A DNA stretch of 64,000 nucleotides from Planctomycetota bacterium (GTDB lineage: Bacteria > Planctomycetota > GCA-002687715 > DRQF01). Position 1 is the first letter of the stretch. The number at the start of each line of letters is the position of its first letter. The translations under genes and the position numbers were made by a program. Positions 8,900 to 18,092 of this stretch are shown here, in pieces. The stretch spans positions 3,262 to 67,261 of the forward strand of contig DRQF01000195.1 of assembly GCA_011369445.1 (NCBI GenBank), read 5' to 3'. The notes under the pieces are model-generated. The model had not been told where the DNA came from. It made no database searches and saw only the letters and a list, made by a program, of their open reading frames with translations.

Positions 8900-10495
8900 A
8901 TGAGACAGTGGAAAGTTGTGGCGCTGGTGCTGACGTTCGGGCTCTTCGCGAGTTCCTTTGCTTCGGCCCAGTCTGAAAACGATCAAGTTCGTCGTGAGCT
9001 CGATCAGGTGAAGCAGCAGCTTCGCAAGGTGTTGGACCAGAACGCGCAGATCCTGCGTGAGAACGCGGAGCTCCGCGGTCGTGTCGACGAGGTCCAAACC
9101 AATGACACCCTCGAGCAGCGCATCAACGCTCTCGCGGACAACCTGGACTATGCGGCCGGCACCACGGTGAACAGCGTCGCGAACCCCATCACCATCTCCG
9201 GTGAGTTCCGGGCTCGCAGCGGCTACACCGTCGACCGCGACTTCGGCGCCTTCAACGGCAATGCCGAAGATGACGAGGGCAGCTACACGGATGCCCGTTT
9301 CAACGTCGCGTTCGAATTCGACTTCGACAAAGACGTGACGACTCACTTTGAGTTGATGGCCAACGCCCTCTACGGGAACGGCAACGCCGATCCCAACGCG
9401 GGTGACCTGGACGAGATCAACCTCTACCAGGGGTGGATCCTCGTTCGCAACATCTTCGGTCGTAAGGAGCTTTCCGCGAAGACCGGTCGTCAGGAGATCG
9501 TGCTGGGCAACGAGTACCAGTTCGGCAACAACGACTTCTTCAGCGGCGAGACCTTCGACGGTTCGCACTGGATGTGGGAGTCCGACAACTTCACCCTGCA
9601 CTTCATCTTCGCGAAGTTGAACGTGCAGAATCCTTTCGTGAATCCGGCGGATCACCCCTTCCCCAACGCGGGCTCGGGTGACGGCTTCGACGATGATGAG
9701 CTCTACTCGCTCTACTTCACGCTGACCAGCATCAAAAACCTGACGGTCGATCTGTACTGGATCTACTTCAACGGTCACAACGGTGGCAGCTTCGGCACCC
9801 TCGCCAATGCTCTCGGCTCTTCGTCCACGGGCGACGCGCTGAAGTTCGCGGGCGGTCCCGACTTCTACTACCACACGTTCGGCATCCGTTTCGACGGCGT
9901 GTTCGACGTGGCCGCGGGTCTCGACTACAACGTCGAGTTCGCCTACCAGACCGGCAACCTGTCGGGCAGTTCGGTGGACGTGGAGGGCTTCTCCGTGGAG
10001 GCCGAGTTGGGCATCACCTTCAACTCGAACAACAACTTCCGCCTCTATGCGCGCTTCCTCTTCGCCGAGGGCGCCGACAGCAACAACACGGGCTACATTC
10101 CGCTCTTCCCCGAGCGGCATGCCCAGGCCACCAACCTCGGCGGCAACGACGACCGCCGCGCCCGCTACGGTGTGTTGGACATCATCCCCATGGATAACGT
10201 CCTGACCGTTCAGGTTGGCCTCACCTTCGATCCCGCCGCCGACTGGACCTTGGGCCTCACCGGCCTGTGGGCTCAGCACGACGAAGACGTTGTGACCCCC
10301 TCGGGCAGCAGCGACGACATCGGCTTCGAGATCGATCTGTTCGGCGAGTACCGCTACAGCAATCAGACCACCTTCAGCGCGGGCATCGCCGCGTTCTTCC
10401 CGGATGACGCAGCGCCCCTCAAGGGTGGCGGCTTCGCCGGCAACGACGACGATGTGACGGTTCTGTTCTACCTGCAGACCCGCGTCGTGTTCTGA
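8900..10495 (+). CDS. Outer-membrane beta-barrel porin (alginate-export/OprB-like) with N-terminal coiled coil
   Basis: Signal peptide ending ...SSFASAQ, then a coiled coil (QVRRELDQVKQQLRKVLDQNAQILRENAELRGRV). The rest shows alternating amphipathic beta-strands rich in aromatic, Gly and Asn residues. The C-terminal beta-signal is ...YLQTRVVF. SD GAGGAGG lies 10 nt upstream. Confidence 0.6.
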   Translation: MRQWKVVALVLTFGLFASSFASAQSENDQVRRELDQVKQQLRKVLDQNAQILRENAELRGRVDEVQTNDTLEQRINALADNLDYAAGTTVNSVANPITISGEFRARSGYTVDRDFGAFNGNAEDDEGSYTDARFNVAFEFDFDKDVTTHFELMANALYGNGNADPNAGDLDEINLYQGWILVRNIFGRKELSAKTGRQEIVLGNEYQFGNNDFFSGETFDGSHWMWESDNFTLHFIFAKLNVQNPFVNPADHPFPNAGSGDGFDDDELYSLYFTLTSIKNLTVDLYWIYFNGHNGGSFGTLANALGSSSTGDALKFAGGPDFYYHTFGIRFDGVFDVAAGLDYNVEFAYQTGNLSGSSVDVEGFSVEAELGITFNSNNNFRLYARFLFAEGADSNNTGYIPLFPERHAQATNLGGNDDRRARYGVLDIIPMDNVLTVQVGLTFDPAADWTLGLTGLWAQHDEDVVTPSGSSDDIGFEIDLFGEYRYSNQTTFSAGIAAFFPDDAAPLKGGGFAGNDDDVTVLFYLQTRVVF

Positions 10496-10519
10496 TCCAC
10501 GGAAGCCAAGCTTTCTGAG

Positions 10520-10553
10520 AAGAGGCGGAGCCTGAGGCTCCGCCTCTTTTTTT
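10520..10553 (+). terminator. Rho-independent terminator of the porin gene
   Basis: 12-bp perfect stem AGAGGCGGAGCC-TGA-GGCTCCGCCTCT followed by T6-7. Confidence 0.8.
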
Positions 10554-10966
10554 GTCTCGCTTCCTTTGCCTTGCCGTCCCCCTCTCCTGGACTGACGCGG
10601 TCCTCTGGAGCCGGGACGCCCTCGCCCCGGGGACCGTCGGCTTCAGTCGTCCCCCGTGCGCCCGGTCATTTTTTTCTCACGGAGTCGCGGAGTCGCGGAG
10701 AAGAGGGTGAGGATTGCGCGTTACCCGGAACGCCACGGCCCGTGTCTCTGCGTCTCCGTGAGAGTCCTCCTGGAGCCGGGACGTCCCCGTCCCGCGAACG
10801 CCGAGTGGGCTGATCCTTGCCCGAGGCGTCAAGTGAAGGCTCAAGCCTCCAGTCCCAAGCTCGTGGCCGCGTCGACTGTTGGACCGGCGACTTCAGCGGC
10901 CACTGGGAGCGTCGGGGGAGGGGAATCGTGCCACCGTGAAGGGGACGACACGCTTGCGTCCTTGCG

Positions 10967-11941
10967 TCACCGCACGCGGCGGTGGAGGAGGAAGAGCACG
11001 GCGAATAGCCATGAGGCGAGGGTGATGTGAATCACCTGCAGGGTCGGGGGCAGGGCCCAGCGGTGAAGGCCGACGCCGCTTCCGTATTGGGCAGCGATGA
11101 GAAAAGCGGCCGTCCAGGCCAGTCGTCGGTCGGTTGCGGACGTCTCGCGGGAGCGGGCGAGCCGCCAGCTGAAGCCCAGGACCGCCAAGGCGAGGGCGAT
11201 TGCGAGGAGGCGATGGATCAGCTCCACCGAGCCCAAGGTCGGAATCCAGCGGTCCCGGGGAAGGTCCGGATTCTCCTGGACCACCACCTCCAGACCGCCT
11301 CGAACCAGGGCACCAAGGAGGATCTGGATCACGCTGAACCACAGGAGGACCTTCAGGGCCCGCGCGAGGAGAGGCGGCATGCCGGCCTCACGTCGCGACT
11401 GGGGAATATCCCCCAGTCGAGTCGTCTCACGCAGCTCGATCAGCAGCGCCAGCATGAGGAGCGCCAGGAACAGGTGGACGGTCACCCAGCGGGGGTCCAA
11501 CTCATACTTCACCACGAGGCCCCCTATCCAGCCCTGGAAGCCCGTGAGAAGGGCGATCCCCAGGGCAAGGGGAAAGACGCGCCGAGCGGCCTTGCGGACG
11601 CTCCAGGCTCTCCAGGTGGTCCACAGGACCAGTCCGCCCACCAGCACTCCCGCCAGCCGATTCAGGTACTCGGTCCAGGTCTTCGCCAAGTTGAACGTCG
11701 CCCGGTCCGCGCTCGGGGGAAGGTCTTCGACTGAAAGAGGAGGGACCCATCGGCCGTAACAGTGGGGCCAGTCGGGGCAGCCGAGCCCCGCCCCGGAAGC
11801 TCGCACGAGGGCCCCGACGGTGATCAACAAGAGGGTGGCGACGGTGGTCACGGTGGCGACGCGGCGCAGCGAGTCCATGGAAGAGCCTCCGGGTGGTGGG
11901 GGAAACCCTCGAAATCCCGGGCGTGCCCGCGCCGGGTGCAT
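10967..11941 (-). CDS. ctaA: Heme A synthase (COX15/CtaA family)
   Basis: Motif GAGLGCPDWPHCYGRWVPP plus about 8 TM helices with conserved His residues. Confidence 0.85.
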   Translation of the reverse strand: MHPARARPGFRGFPPPPGGSSMDSLRRVATVTTVATLLLITVGALVRASGAGLGCPDWPHCYGRWVPPLSVEDLPPSADRATFNLAKTWTEYLNRLAGVLVGGLVLWTTWRAWSVRKAARRVFPLALGIALLTGFQGWIGGLVVKYELDPRWVTVHLFLALLMLALLIELRETTRLGDIPQSRREAGMPPLLARALKVLLWFSVIQILLGALVRGGLEVVVQENPDLPRDRWIPTLGSVELIHRLLAIALALAVLGFSWRLARSRETSATDRRLAWTAAFLIAAQYGSGVGLHRWALPPTLQVIHITLASWLFAVLFLLHRRVR

Positions 11942-11985
11942 GAATTAGGATGGGGTCGCGAACGACCTCTCAATGGAGATAGACC

Positions 11986-13092
11986 ATGATGAAACGAATT
12001 CCCCTTCTCGCAATGGCGTTCCTCGTGCTGGGCGCGCCCCTGTTCTCCCAGGATGGCCCGAAAACCACGCCGGACGGCCGATTCACCCTGGAGATCGAGG
12101 TTCCCCGCTTCGGCGTTATCAACCAGGACGCCACGGGGACGTGCTGGTCGTTCGGGACGACGTCGTTCCTCGAGAGCGAAGTCGGCCGCATGACCGGGGA
12201 GAAGGTGAATCTCTCGGAGATGTACACGGTTCGCGGCGCCTACATCGAGAAGACCAAGCGCTTCCTCAAGATGAAGGGCAAGAACACCTACGGCCAGGGA
12301 GGCCTGTGCCACGATGTGATCGACGTCATTCGCAAGTACGGGGCCGTGCCGGCGGATGTCTACACGGGACTCTGCAATGGGCGCCGCCGTCACAATCACA
12401 CGGAGATGGAGAGCCTTCTGGCGGGCATGGCGAAGGCGCTGGTCGCGCGCCGGCGCGTCTCGCCTCTTTGGCCTCAGGCCTTGGAGAAGGTCATGGATGT
12501 CTACATCGGCGAGGCTCCGGAATCCTTCGACTGGAACGGCAAGACCTACTCGCCGAAGTCCTTCAGTGACGAGGTGCTGAAACTCCCGTATGACTCCTAC
12601 GTGGAAGTGATGTCGTTCGCCACCGAACCGTTTTACAAGCGCGCCGCGCTCGACGTTCCCGACAACTGGATGCACTACGATCGCTACGTCAACGTTCCAG
12701 TGGACGACATGATGGCCGCCATGGATCACGCCCTGGGGAAGGGGTTCAGCGTCGCAGTGGACATGGACGTTTCCGAACCCGGATTCGCTCCCATGAAGGG
12801 CACGGCCCAACTGCCCGCGAAGCTCGAGTCCGGCAAGATCACCGATGAGCTCCGCAAGGAGCAGTTTCTCAACAAGCAGACCACCGACGACCATCTCATG
12901 CACATCGTGGGCGTGGCGCGCGACAAGGACGGGAAGGTCTGGTACCTGACGAAGAACTCATGGGGCCCTGTCGGGCCGTACAAGGGCTACGTCATGATGT
13001 CGCGCCCCTATGTGGCCTTGAAGATGCTGTCTTTCATGGCTCACAAGGACGGACTGCCCAAGGGCTTCTTGGGAAAGATCAAGGACTCCTGA
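11986..13092 (+). CDS. Secreted papain-like cysteine peptidase (C1 family, aminopeptidase C/bleomycin-hydrolase-like)
   Basis: Signal peptide. Catalytic Cys context is NQDATGTCWSFGTTSF. His context is DHLMHIVG, followed by KNSWG. Confidence 0.85.
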   Translation: MMKRIPLLAMAFLVLGAPLFSQDGPKTTPDGRFTLEIEVPRFGVINQDATGTCWSFGTTSFLESEVGRMTGEKVNLSEMYTVRGAYIEKTKRFLKMKGKNTYGQGGLCHDVIDVIRKYGAVPADVYTGLCNGRRRHNHTEMESLLAGMAKALVARRRVSPLWPQALEKVMDVYIGEAPESFDWNGKTYSPKSFSDEVLKLPYDSYVEVMSFATEPFYKRAALDVPDNWMHYDRYVNVPVDDMMAAMDHALGKGFSVAVDMDVSEPGFAPMKGTAQLPAKLESGKITDELRKEQFLNKQTTDDHLMHIVGVARDKDGKVWYLTKNSWGPVGPYKGYVMMSRPYVALKMLSFMAHKDGLPKGFLGKIKDS

Positions 13093-13116
13093 GGCGAGGT
13101 CCTTCGCTGGAAGACT

Positions 13117-14613
13117 TCAGAATCCGACGCGGATCGCCGGGGTGGCCGTGAGGACACCCTGGCGCATCTCCACGGCGACGTGATCCACGGTCCAGCCGAG
13201 GGGCACGATGCCCGGCGGCACGACCAGATGATAGCTGCCGCCGTTGGGGACCACGTGATAGGGATCGGTGCCCAAGGGCAAAAGGGCCAGGGCGTACTGA
13301 ACCGCTCCGAATTCGATCCCGAAGAAGGGTCCGGTTCCTAAAGGGGTCAAGGAGTTCACCGCGAAGACGTTCCACATCTCCGTGGACTGGGCGCCGATGA
13401 CTCCCAGCTCCGCTCCGCCCATTCCCGTCGAAGCCAGAGCGGCGACAAATGGGGGATTCGGGTTGGCGGCGTAGCTCTTCACCAGGCGCATCAACCGGGG
13501 GCCCTGGGCTTCCAGTCGAATGATCATCGTGAACGACTGGTTCTGGAGGGCGGCGACCAACCCGCCCGCCAGCGCCGAGAGGTTCCCGGTGGGATTCGCG
13601 ACGAGAGAAGAGACGCTCCCCACCGGGCGGCTGGCGACCGGGGTTGCGCCGAAAGGACCGCTCAACTCCCATTCGACCTGAGATTGCCCCTGGAACGTGC
13701 CGAGAATCTGAAGCTGGGCCGAGCCGTCGGCCAGAGTGATCAAGACTTGCAGGCCCGGCCAGAGCGTTCCGCCGAATGTGGAGAGGTCGCCCCCAATCAC
13801 GAGACCGTTGATCTGTACGGTTGCCCCCACCAGGGTGTCGAATCCCGGGTCCTGCACTGTCACGCCGGTGTCCGTCACGACGGCGCCGATCTGAGCGGTG
13901 ATGCCCACCGTCCCGTTTCCGGTGTCGACCTGGAACGTCTGAGCGGCCTGCGGGTCGATGATCAGTTCCTTGGCCTGGGCGGGCCCCACGACTTGGCCGG
14001 CATTGGGTTGCCCCGGCGTTTCATCCCCATCCGATCCGATGACCCAGTCCTGCCCGTCGTTCGTGTCGATGACGGTGTGGCGAGCCAGAACGTCGTCGAG
14101 GGACGGGTCATTCGCCGTGCGATCGAGCGGGTTGCTGAAAAGCCCGCACCCGGCCGCGGACGGGGGGTCCTGGACGGCGAGGGTGCCGAAGCGCACATAG
14201 TCGACGCATTGGCCGTTGGCGTCCGTCAACACGACAGCGCCCGAGCTGTTGCCGACCCATCCGTATCCGAAGTTGGTGTTGTAGATCTGCGTCCCCGCGG
14301 GAGGAGGCGTGATCGTTGGGGGCAGAGGGGCGTTGTTCTCGAGGACGATCAGGAACTCGCCTGGCATCAGGACCGTTCCGGTGGGGAATGTGAAGCTGGG
14401 GTAGACCGTGAAGGCGAAGCTGGCGTCCACGACCCAGCCGTCGAGGGACACGGCCGTCGGTCCCAGATTGCCAATCTCGATGAAGTCCGGATCCCCCGTG
14501 TAGATCTCGTTGATCACGACCTGGGCTGGTGTCCAGGCGGCGAGAGCCAGGATCAGGACGAAGATCGCTCGGCTTTGGGGGCGCATTCCGGCGGGGGACG
14601 GCTGCATGGGCAC
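13117..14613 (-). CDS. Secreted lamin-tail-domain (LTD) protein
   Basis: Signal peptide, then VVINEIYTGDPDFIEIGNLGPTAVSLDGWVV, the LTD hallmark. The remainder is beta-rich and ends ...AIRVGF. An alternative start is Met at 14586. Confidence 0.7.
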   Translation of the reverse strand: MPMQPSPAGMRPQSRAIFVLILALAAWTPAQVVINEIYTGDPDFIEIGNLGPTAVSLDGWVVDASFAFTVYPSFTFPTGTVLMPGEFLIVLENNAPLPPTITPPPAGTQIYNTNFGYGWVGNSSGAVVLTDANGQCVDYVRFGTLAVQDPPSAAGCGLFSNPLDRTANDPSLDDVLARHTVIDTNDGQDWVIGSDGDETPGQPNAGQVVGPAQAKELIIDPQAAQTFQVDTGNGTVGITAQIGAVVTDTGVTVQDPGFDTLVGATVQINGLVIGGDLSTFGGTLWPGLQVLITLADGSAQLQILGTFQGQSQVEWELSGPFGATPVASRPVGSVSSLVANPTGNLSALAGGLVAALQNQSFTMIIRLEAQGPRLMRLVKSYAANPNPPFVAALASTGMGGAELGVIGAQSTEMWNVFAVNSLTPLGTGPFFGIEFGAVQYALALLPLGTDPYHVVPNGGSYHLVVPPGIVPLGWTVDHVAVEMRQGVLTATPAIRVGF

Positions 14614-14762
14614 ATTCTCCAGGGGCGGCGGTCAAACTCCAAGTCTCTCTCTATTCATCCCCTTCCGAGAGCCCCGGACTTGAACGATACTGGCTCGGGA
14701 CGTGCCGAAGATCGTCTTTGGCCGGACGAATTCCCCGGGCCCGGGTGGGAGGGTGCGGCAAA

Positions 14763-15146
14763 ATGACCGAGGAGCGGGTTTTTTGCCCCTACTGCGATCG
14801 CTTCCAGGCGCCGTCCCAGAGGACGGACGCCCTTTGGCGTTGCGCCGGATGTCATCTGTATCTGAGTGACGCGTGGCTGGTCGACGCGTCCCCCGATTGG
14901 GCCCTCGATGACGCCCGCGAGGTGCTGTGCCCCTGGTGCGGATACCCGGCGGGCCTGCGGCAGGATTTCGCGGGCGCGCCGTCCCTGGCTTGTGGAGGAT
15001 GCGCTGGAACCCTGAGCGCCGACATGTTGGTCAGCCAGGCGGCGCTCGCCGTCGATCGCCACCAGGGGCACCGCTTCCGGAACCGGATTCTGGTCGTTCT
15101 GTTTCTCGCCGTCGTTCTCGGGTTCCTTGGGAGTGTCACCTGCTGA
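14763..15146 (+). CDS. Double zinc-ribbon protein with C-terminal TM anchor
   Basis: Two CxxC...CxxC pairs (CPYC..CAGC and CPWC..CGGC) plus a hydrophobic tail, ILVVLFLAVVLGFLGSV. The internal ATG at 14763 is chosen because the upstream part of track ORF 14529 has a non-coding-like composition. Confidence 0.5.
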   Translation: MTEERVFCPYCDRFQAPSQRTDALWRCAGCHLYLSDAWLVDASPDWALDDAREVLCPWCGYPAGLRQDFAGAPSLACGGCAGTLSADMLVSQAALAVDRHQGHRFRNRILVVLFLAVVLGFLGSVTC

Positions 15147-15781
15147 TGCGCCGGGAATTCGTCCGATTTCGCGAACGCACGGACCGACCTCGCTGGGTCT
15201 CCGCGACCTATGGTCCTCTTCTCGAAGGCAGCGTCCTCGACGTGGGGTGCGACGAGGCGGTCTTGAGGGACTTCGTGACTCGGGGCTCCTACGTGGGCAT
15301 CGATCGCACGCGATGGGCGGATCTTCACCATGACCTCCAAGCTGGAGGCCCCTTCCCCTTTGAGGACGAGGTGTTCGACACCGTCGTCTGCACGGATGTC
15401 CTCGAGCACCTGGACAATCTCCACGAGGTCTTCGGAGAGTGCGTCCGGGTGGCGCGGCGAAGTCTGTTGATTTCGCTTCCCAACTGTTGGTCCGTGGCGC
15501 GCGTGCCCCTTCGGCGCGGCTACGGTTCGTTCACCCATTACGGTCTGCCCGTCGATCCGCCCGCCGATCGTCATCGCTGGTTCTTCTCCCACGTCGAGGC
15601 CCGCCGCTTTCTCGAGGAGATGGCCCGCCGTCACGGGCTCGTCCTCCGCGACCTCGTGTCCTTGGAGAAACCCAGGCCCGTTTGGTTGCGCGCCCTGCGC
15701 CGGGTGCGCTACCCGCGAGTGGAGCGCTATCTGAATCTCTACAGTCACACACTCGTGGCGCACCTGGAGCGGGACCGGTGA
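15146..15781 (+). CDS. Class I SAM-dependent methyltransferase
   Basis: Motif I VLDVGCDEA and post-I/II DTVVCTDVLEHLDNL. The ATG overlaps the upstream stop (TGATG at 15144-15148). Confidence 0.75.
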   Translation: MRREFVRFRERTDRPRWVSATYGPLLEGSVLDVGCDEAVLRDFVTRGSYVGIDRTRWADLHHDLQAGGPFPFEDEVFDTVVCTDVLEHLDNLHEVFGECVRVARRSLLISLPNCWSVARVPLRRGYGSFTHYGLPVDPPADRHRWFFSHVEARRFLEEMARRHGLVLRDLVSLEKPRPVWLRALRRVRYPRVERYLNLYSHTLVAHLERDR

Positions 15782-16902
15782 GGGATCGCCGGGTCACGCT
15801 GGCCGTGCGACGCTGGTTTCCGGAGGGCGGCATGCAGCGCACTCTGCTGCGCTTGGCGATGGAACTGATGACTCGCGGCGTCCGTGTCCGCGTCGTGACG
15901 ACATCCTGGGAGGGCGAGTCACCGGCGGGCGTGGACGTTCACATCGTCCGGTCGCGAGGTCTCACCAATCACGGCAAGAACGAGGCCTTCGCCCGGGCCG
16001 TGGGCGATCTGGATCGAGAACCCGGGGAGATCCTCGTGGGGTTTCTGAAGATGCCGGGCCTCGACGTCTACTATGCCGCGGACCCGTGCTTCGTGGAGCG
16101 CATGGACCGGCGACGATTCGCGAGTCTACGCCGTCTCTTGCCTCGATACCGGGCCTTCCGGCGGGCCGAGGGTGCCGTGTTCGCGAGGGGGGGGAAGGCG
16201 CGCATTCTTCTTTTCTCGCCGGTTCAAAAGCCGCTCTATCAGCGATGCTGGGGCACGGAGGAGGAGAGGATACATCTGCTGCCGCCGGGCTTGGATCTCG
16301 AAAGGCTGGAGCGTGGCGCCGCGAGCGCCCCGGACTCGGCAGCCCTCCGCAGAGAACTGAACATTCCCGAGAGGGCGGCCTTCCTCCTCACCGTCGGCTC
16401 GGGGTATCAGACGAAGGGTGTCGATCGTGTTTTCCGATTGCTCGCCGCTCTTCCAAAGGCGTATGCCGTCATCGTGGGACGGGACGATACGAGGCGATGG
16501 AAGGCTCTGGCGGAGCGGTATTCCGTCGGCGAGCGCGTGCGGATCATGGGCCCGAGAGACGACGTGTCCACCTTCTATCTGGCGGCCGACCTGTACGTGC
16601 ATCCAGCGCGGTTGGAGAATACGGGGTCGACGCTCTTGGAGGCGATGGCGCTCGGGGTGCCCGTGGTCTGCTCCGGGGTCTGCGGTTTCGCGGACCATGT
16701 GCGCCTTGCGAAGGCCGGCAGGGTGTTGGCCGAGCCCTTTTGCGACGAGGACTTCCTCCATGTGGTCCGCGGCCTCATCGAGTCCGATTCCGAGCGAGAA
16801 CGGTTGGGCGCCCGGGGGGTGGCCTACGTGGCCGACCACGACCTGACATCCCTGATTCCCCGTGCCGCCGATGTGATTCTCGCTCAGTCGACGACGTCGT
16901 AG
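15778..16902 (+). CDS. GT4-family glycosyltransferase, WaaG/RfaG-like (LPS core glucosyltransferase-like)
   Basis: The N-terminus RRWFPEGGMQRTLLRLA parallels the WaaG pattern YFPFGGLQRDF. The C-terminal motif is ENTGSTLLEAMALGVPVV (E-x7-E). The GTG start overlaps the methyltransferase stop (GTGA at 15778-15781). Confidence 0.8.
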   Translation: MRDRRVTLAVRRWFPEGGMQRTLLRLAMELMTRGVRVRVVTTSWEGESPAGVDVHIVRSRGLTNHGKNEAFARAVGDLDREPGEILVGFLKMPGLDVYYAADPCFVERMDRRRFASLRRLLPRYRAFRRAEGAVFARGGKARILLFSPVQKPLYQRCWGTEEERIHLLPPGLDLERLERGAASAPDSAALRRELNIPERAAFLLTVGSGYQTKGVDRVFRLLAALPKAYAVIVGRDDTRRWKALAERYSVGERVRIMGPRDDVSTFYLAADLYVHPARLENTGSTLLEAMALGVPVVCSGVCGFADHVRLAKAGRVLAEPFCDEDFLHVVRGLIESDSERERLGARGVAYVADHDLTSLIPRAADVILAQSTTS

Positions 16903-18092
16903 AGTTTCCACGCGCGCGTCTCGTCTTCGGTGGTCTCCAGGGCGCGTGGGGGAGGAGGGCCGACGCGGGCTTCTGGCCGCGGACGAAGGATCGGGCGACC
17001 GTGGGACCACACGATGTCCTCCCGGGACCGGATCAACCCGTCCGCTCCGAGGGTGCGTAGACGGGCAAGGAGCTCTCGCAGAGCGAGGGCGTCGAAGGAG
17101 CCGTCATCGTCGGCGACGTCTTCGACGAGGGTGCCGTCGCCCAGGAGAAGGGCCCGGGTGTGGGGGACTCCGAAGAGCTCCAGCCTTTGGTGGACGCACC
17201 AGGCCTTGCGGGCGTCCTTCGCACGATCGAAGGTGCGCACGTCGGCGAGGAGGCGGCTGGAGAGCTTCACCCGCCCGGGGCCGGGGACGTCCGCGGCGCG
17301 TGCCCAGGCGAGGAGTGGTTCCCGAATGCTTGGCTCCAAGTCGGCCGGGACGAGGAGTCCTGGGGCGGGGGCGTCGATTCGTCGCGAGGCGCGCAGCATT
17401 TTCCGATCGAAGCGAGTGAGTCGCTCCCTCCTCACTCGGGCCTGTGCGTTCCTCCACCGTTGGGTCGAGAACGCGGTCGTCTTGGAAGAGAGGCTCCAAG
17501 CATCGGCCGCCTCGCCCAGGTGAATGTCGTCCGCCGGATCCCACTGGGCGATGAATTGGCAGAAGACGGTCTCCTCCGGACGCCGGCTGGTCGCACCTCG
17601 CCGCCGGCTCCGGACGGATCCGGCATCCAGAAACCACCAACCTTTCTCGTTGCGCCCGAAGTTCCCGAGTTGGGGATCCGTCAGGACGACGCCGCGTCTT
17701 GCCGCCCGTCCGATGAGAGCGGCGAGATCGAGGATGGCCGCGTGACGTTCCTCCGCGGGTCGGTCCCATCGGAGGAGACTCAGGGCCGTCTCCAAGTTTT
17801 CCAGCCACCGGAAGAGGACGGCCTGCCGGCCTCCTACGAGTTCCAAGGTCGTGAGGACGGAGGGGGCGGGAAGCCCCGACTCCTTCAGGATGGCCGCGCC
17901 GCGAAGCTCGGCGTCGCGTTGGCGCTTGGCCCCGCGGCGATCGAGGAGGACCTTCGCAAAGACGTCTTCGCCTCGCCAATGAGCGTGACCCGCAAGACGT
18001 CGTCCTGGGAGAGAGCGGAGGACGGACAGGAATCGCAGGGGCTCGGCTTCACCTTGAACGTCGAACGCGGGGGAGGGGGGGCGGGGACTCAC
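16884..18092 (-). CDS. Lipopolysaccharide-kinase (Kdo/WaaP/InaA)-like protein, possibly duplicated fold
   Basis: The pattern VFAKVLL..RRGAKRQRDAELRGAAILKESGLPAPSVL...VLTDPQLGNFG resembles the LPS kinase family. A second half has a similar pattern (AKDARKAWCVHQRLELFGVPHTRAL). GTG start. The assignment rests on by-eye similarity only. Confidence 0.45.
   Translation of the reverse strand: MSPRPPSPAFDVQGEAEPLRFLSVLRSLPGRRLAGHAHWRGEDVFAKVLLDRRGAKRQRDAELRGAAILKESGLPAPSVLTTLELVGGRQAVLFRWLENLETALSLLRWDRPAEERHAAILDLAALIGRAARRGVVLTDPQLGNFGRNEKGWWFLDAGSVRSRRRGATSRRPEETVFCQFIAQWDPADDIHLGEAADAWSLSSKTTAFSTQRWRNAQARVRRERLTRFDRKMLRASRRIDAPAPGLLVPADLEPSIREPLLAWARAADVPGPGRVKLSSRLLADVRTFDRAKDARKAWCVHQRLELFGVPHTRALLLGDGTLVEDVADDDGSFDALALRELLARLRTLGADGLIRSREDIVWSHGRPILRPRPEARVGPPPPRALETTEDETRAWKLYDVVD

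Noticed and set aside
10880-10960. B12-box-like GCCACTG (10898-10904) with nearby GGGAATCGTGCCACCGTGAAGGGGA, considered as a cobalamin riboswitch.
   Set aside because: It lies at the 3' ends of convergent genes with no downstream gene to control. The other conserved cobalamin-riboswitch blocks are missing.
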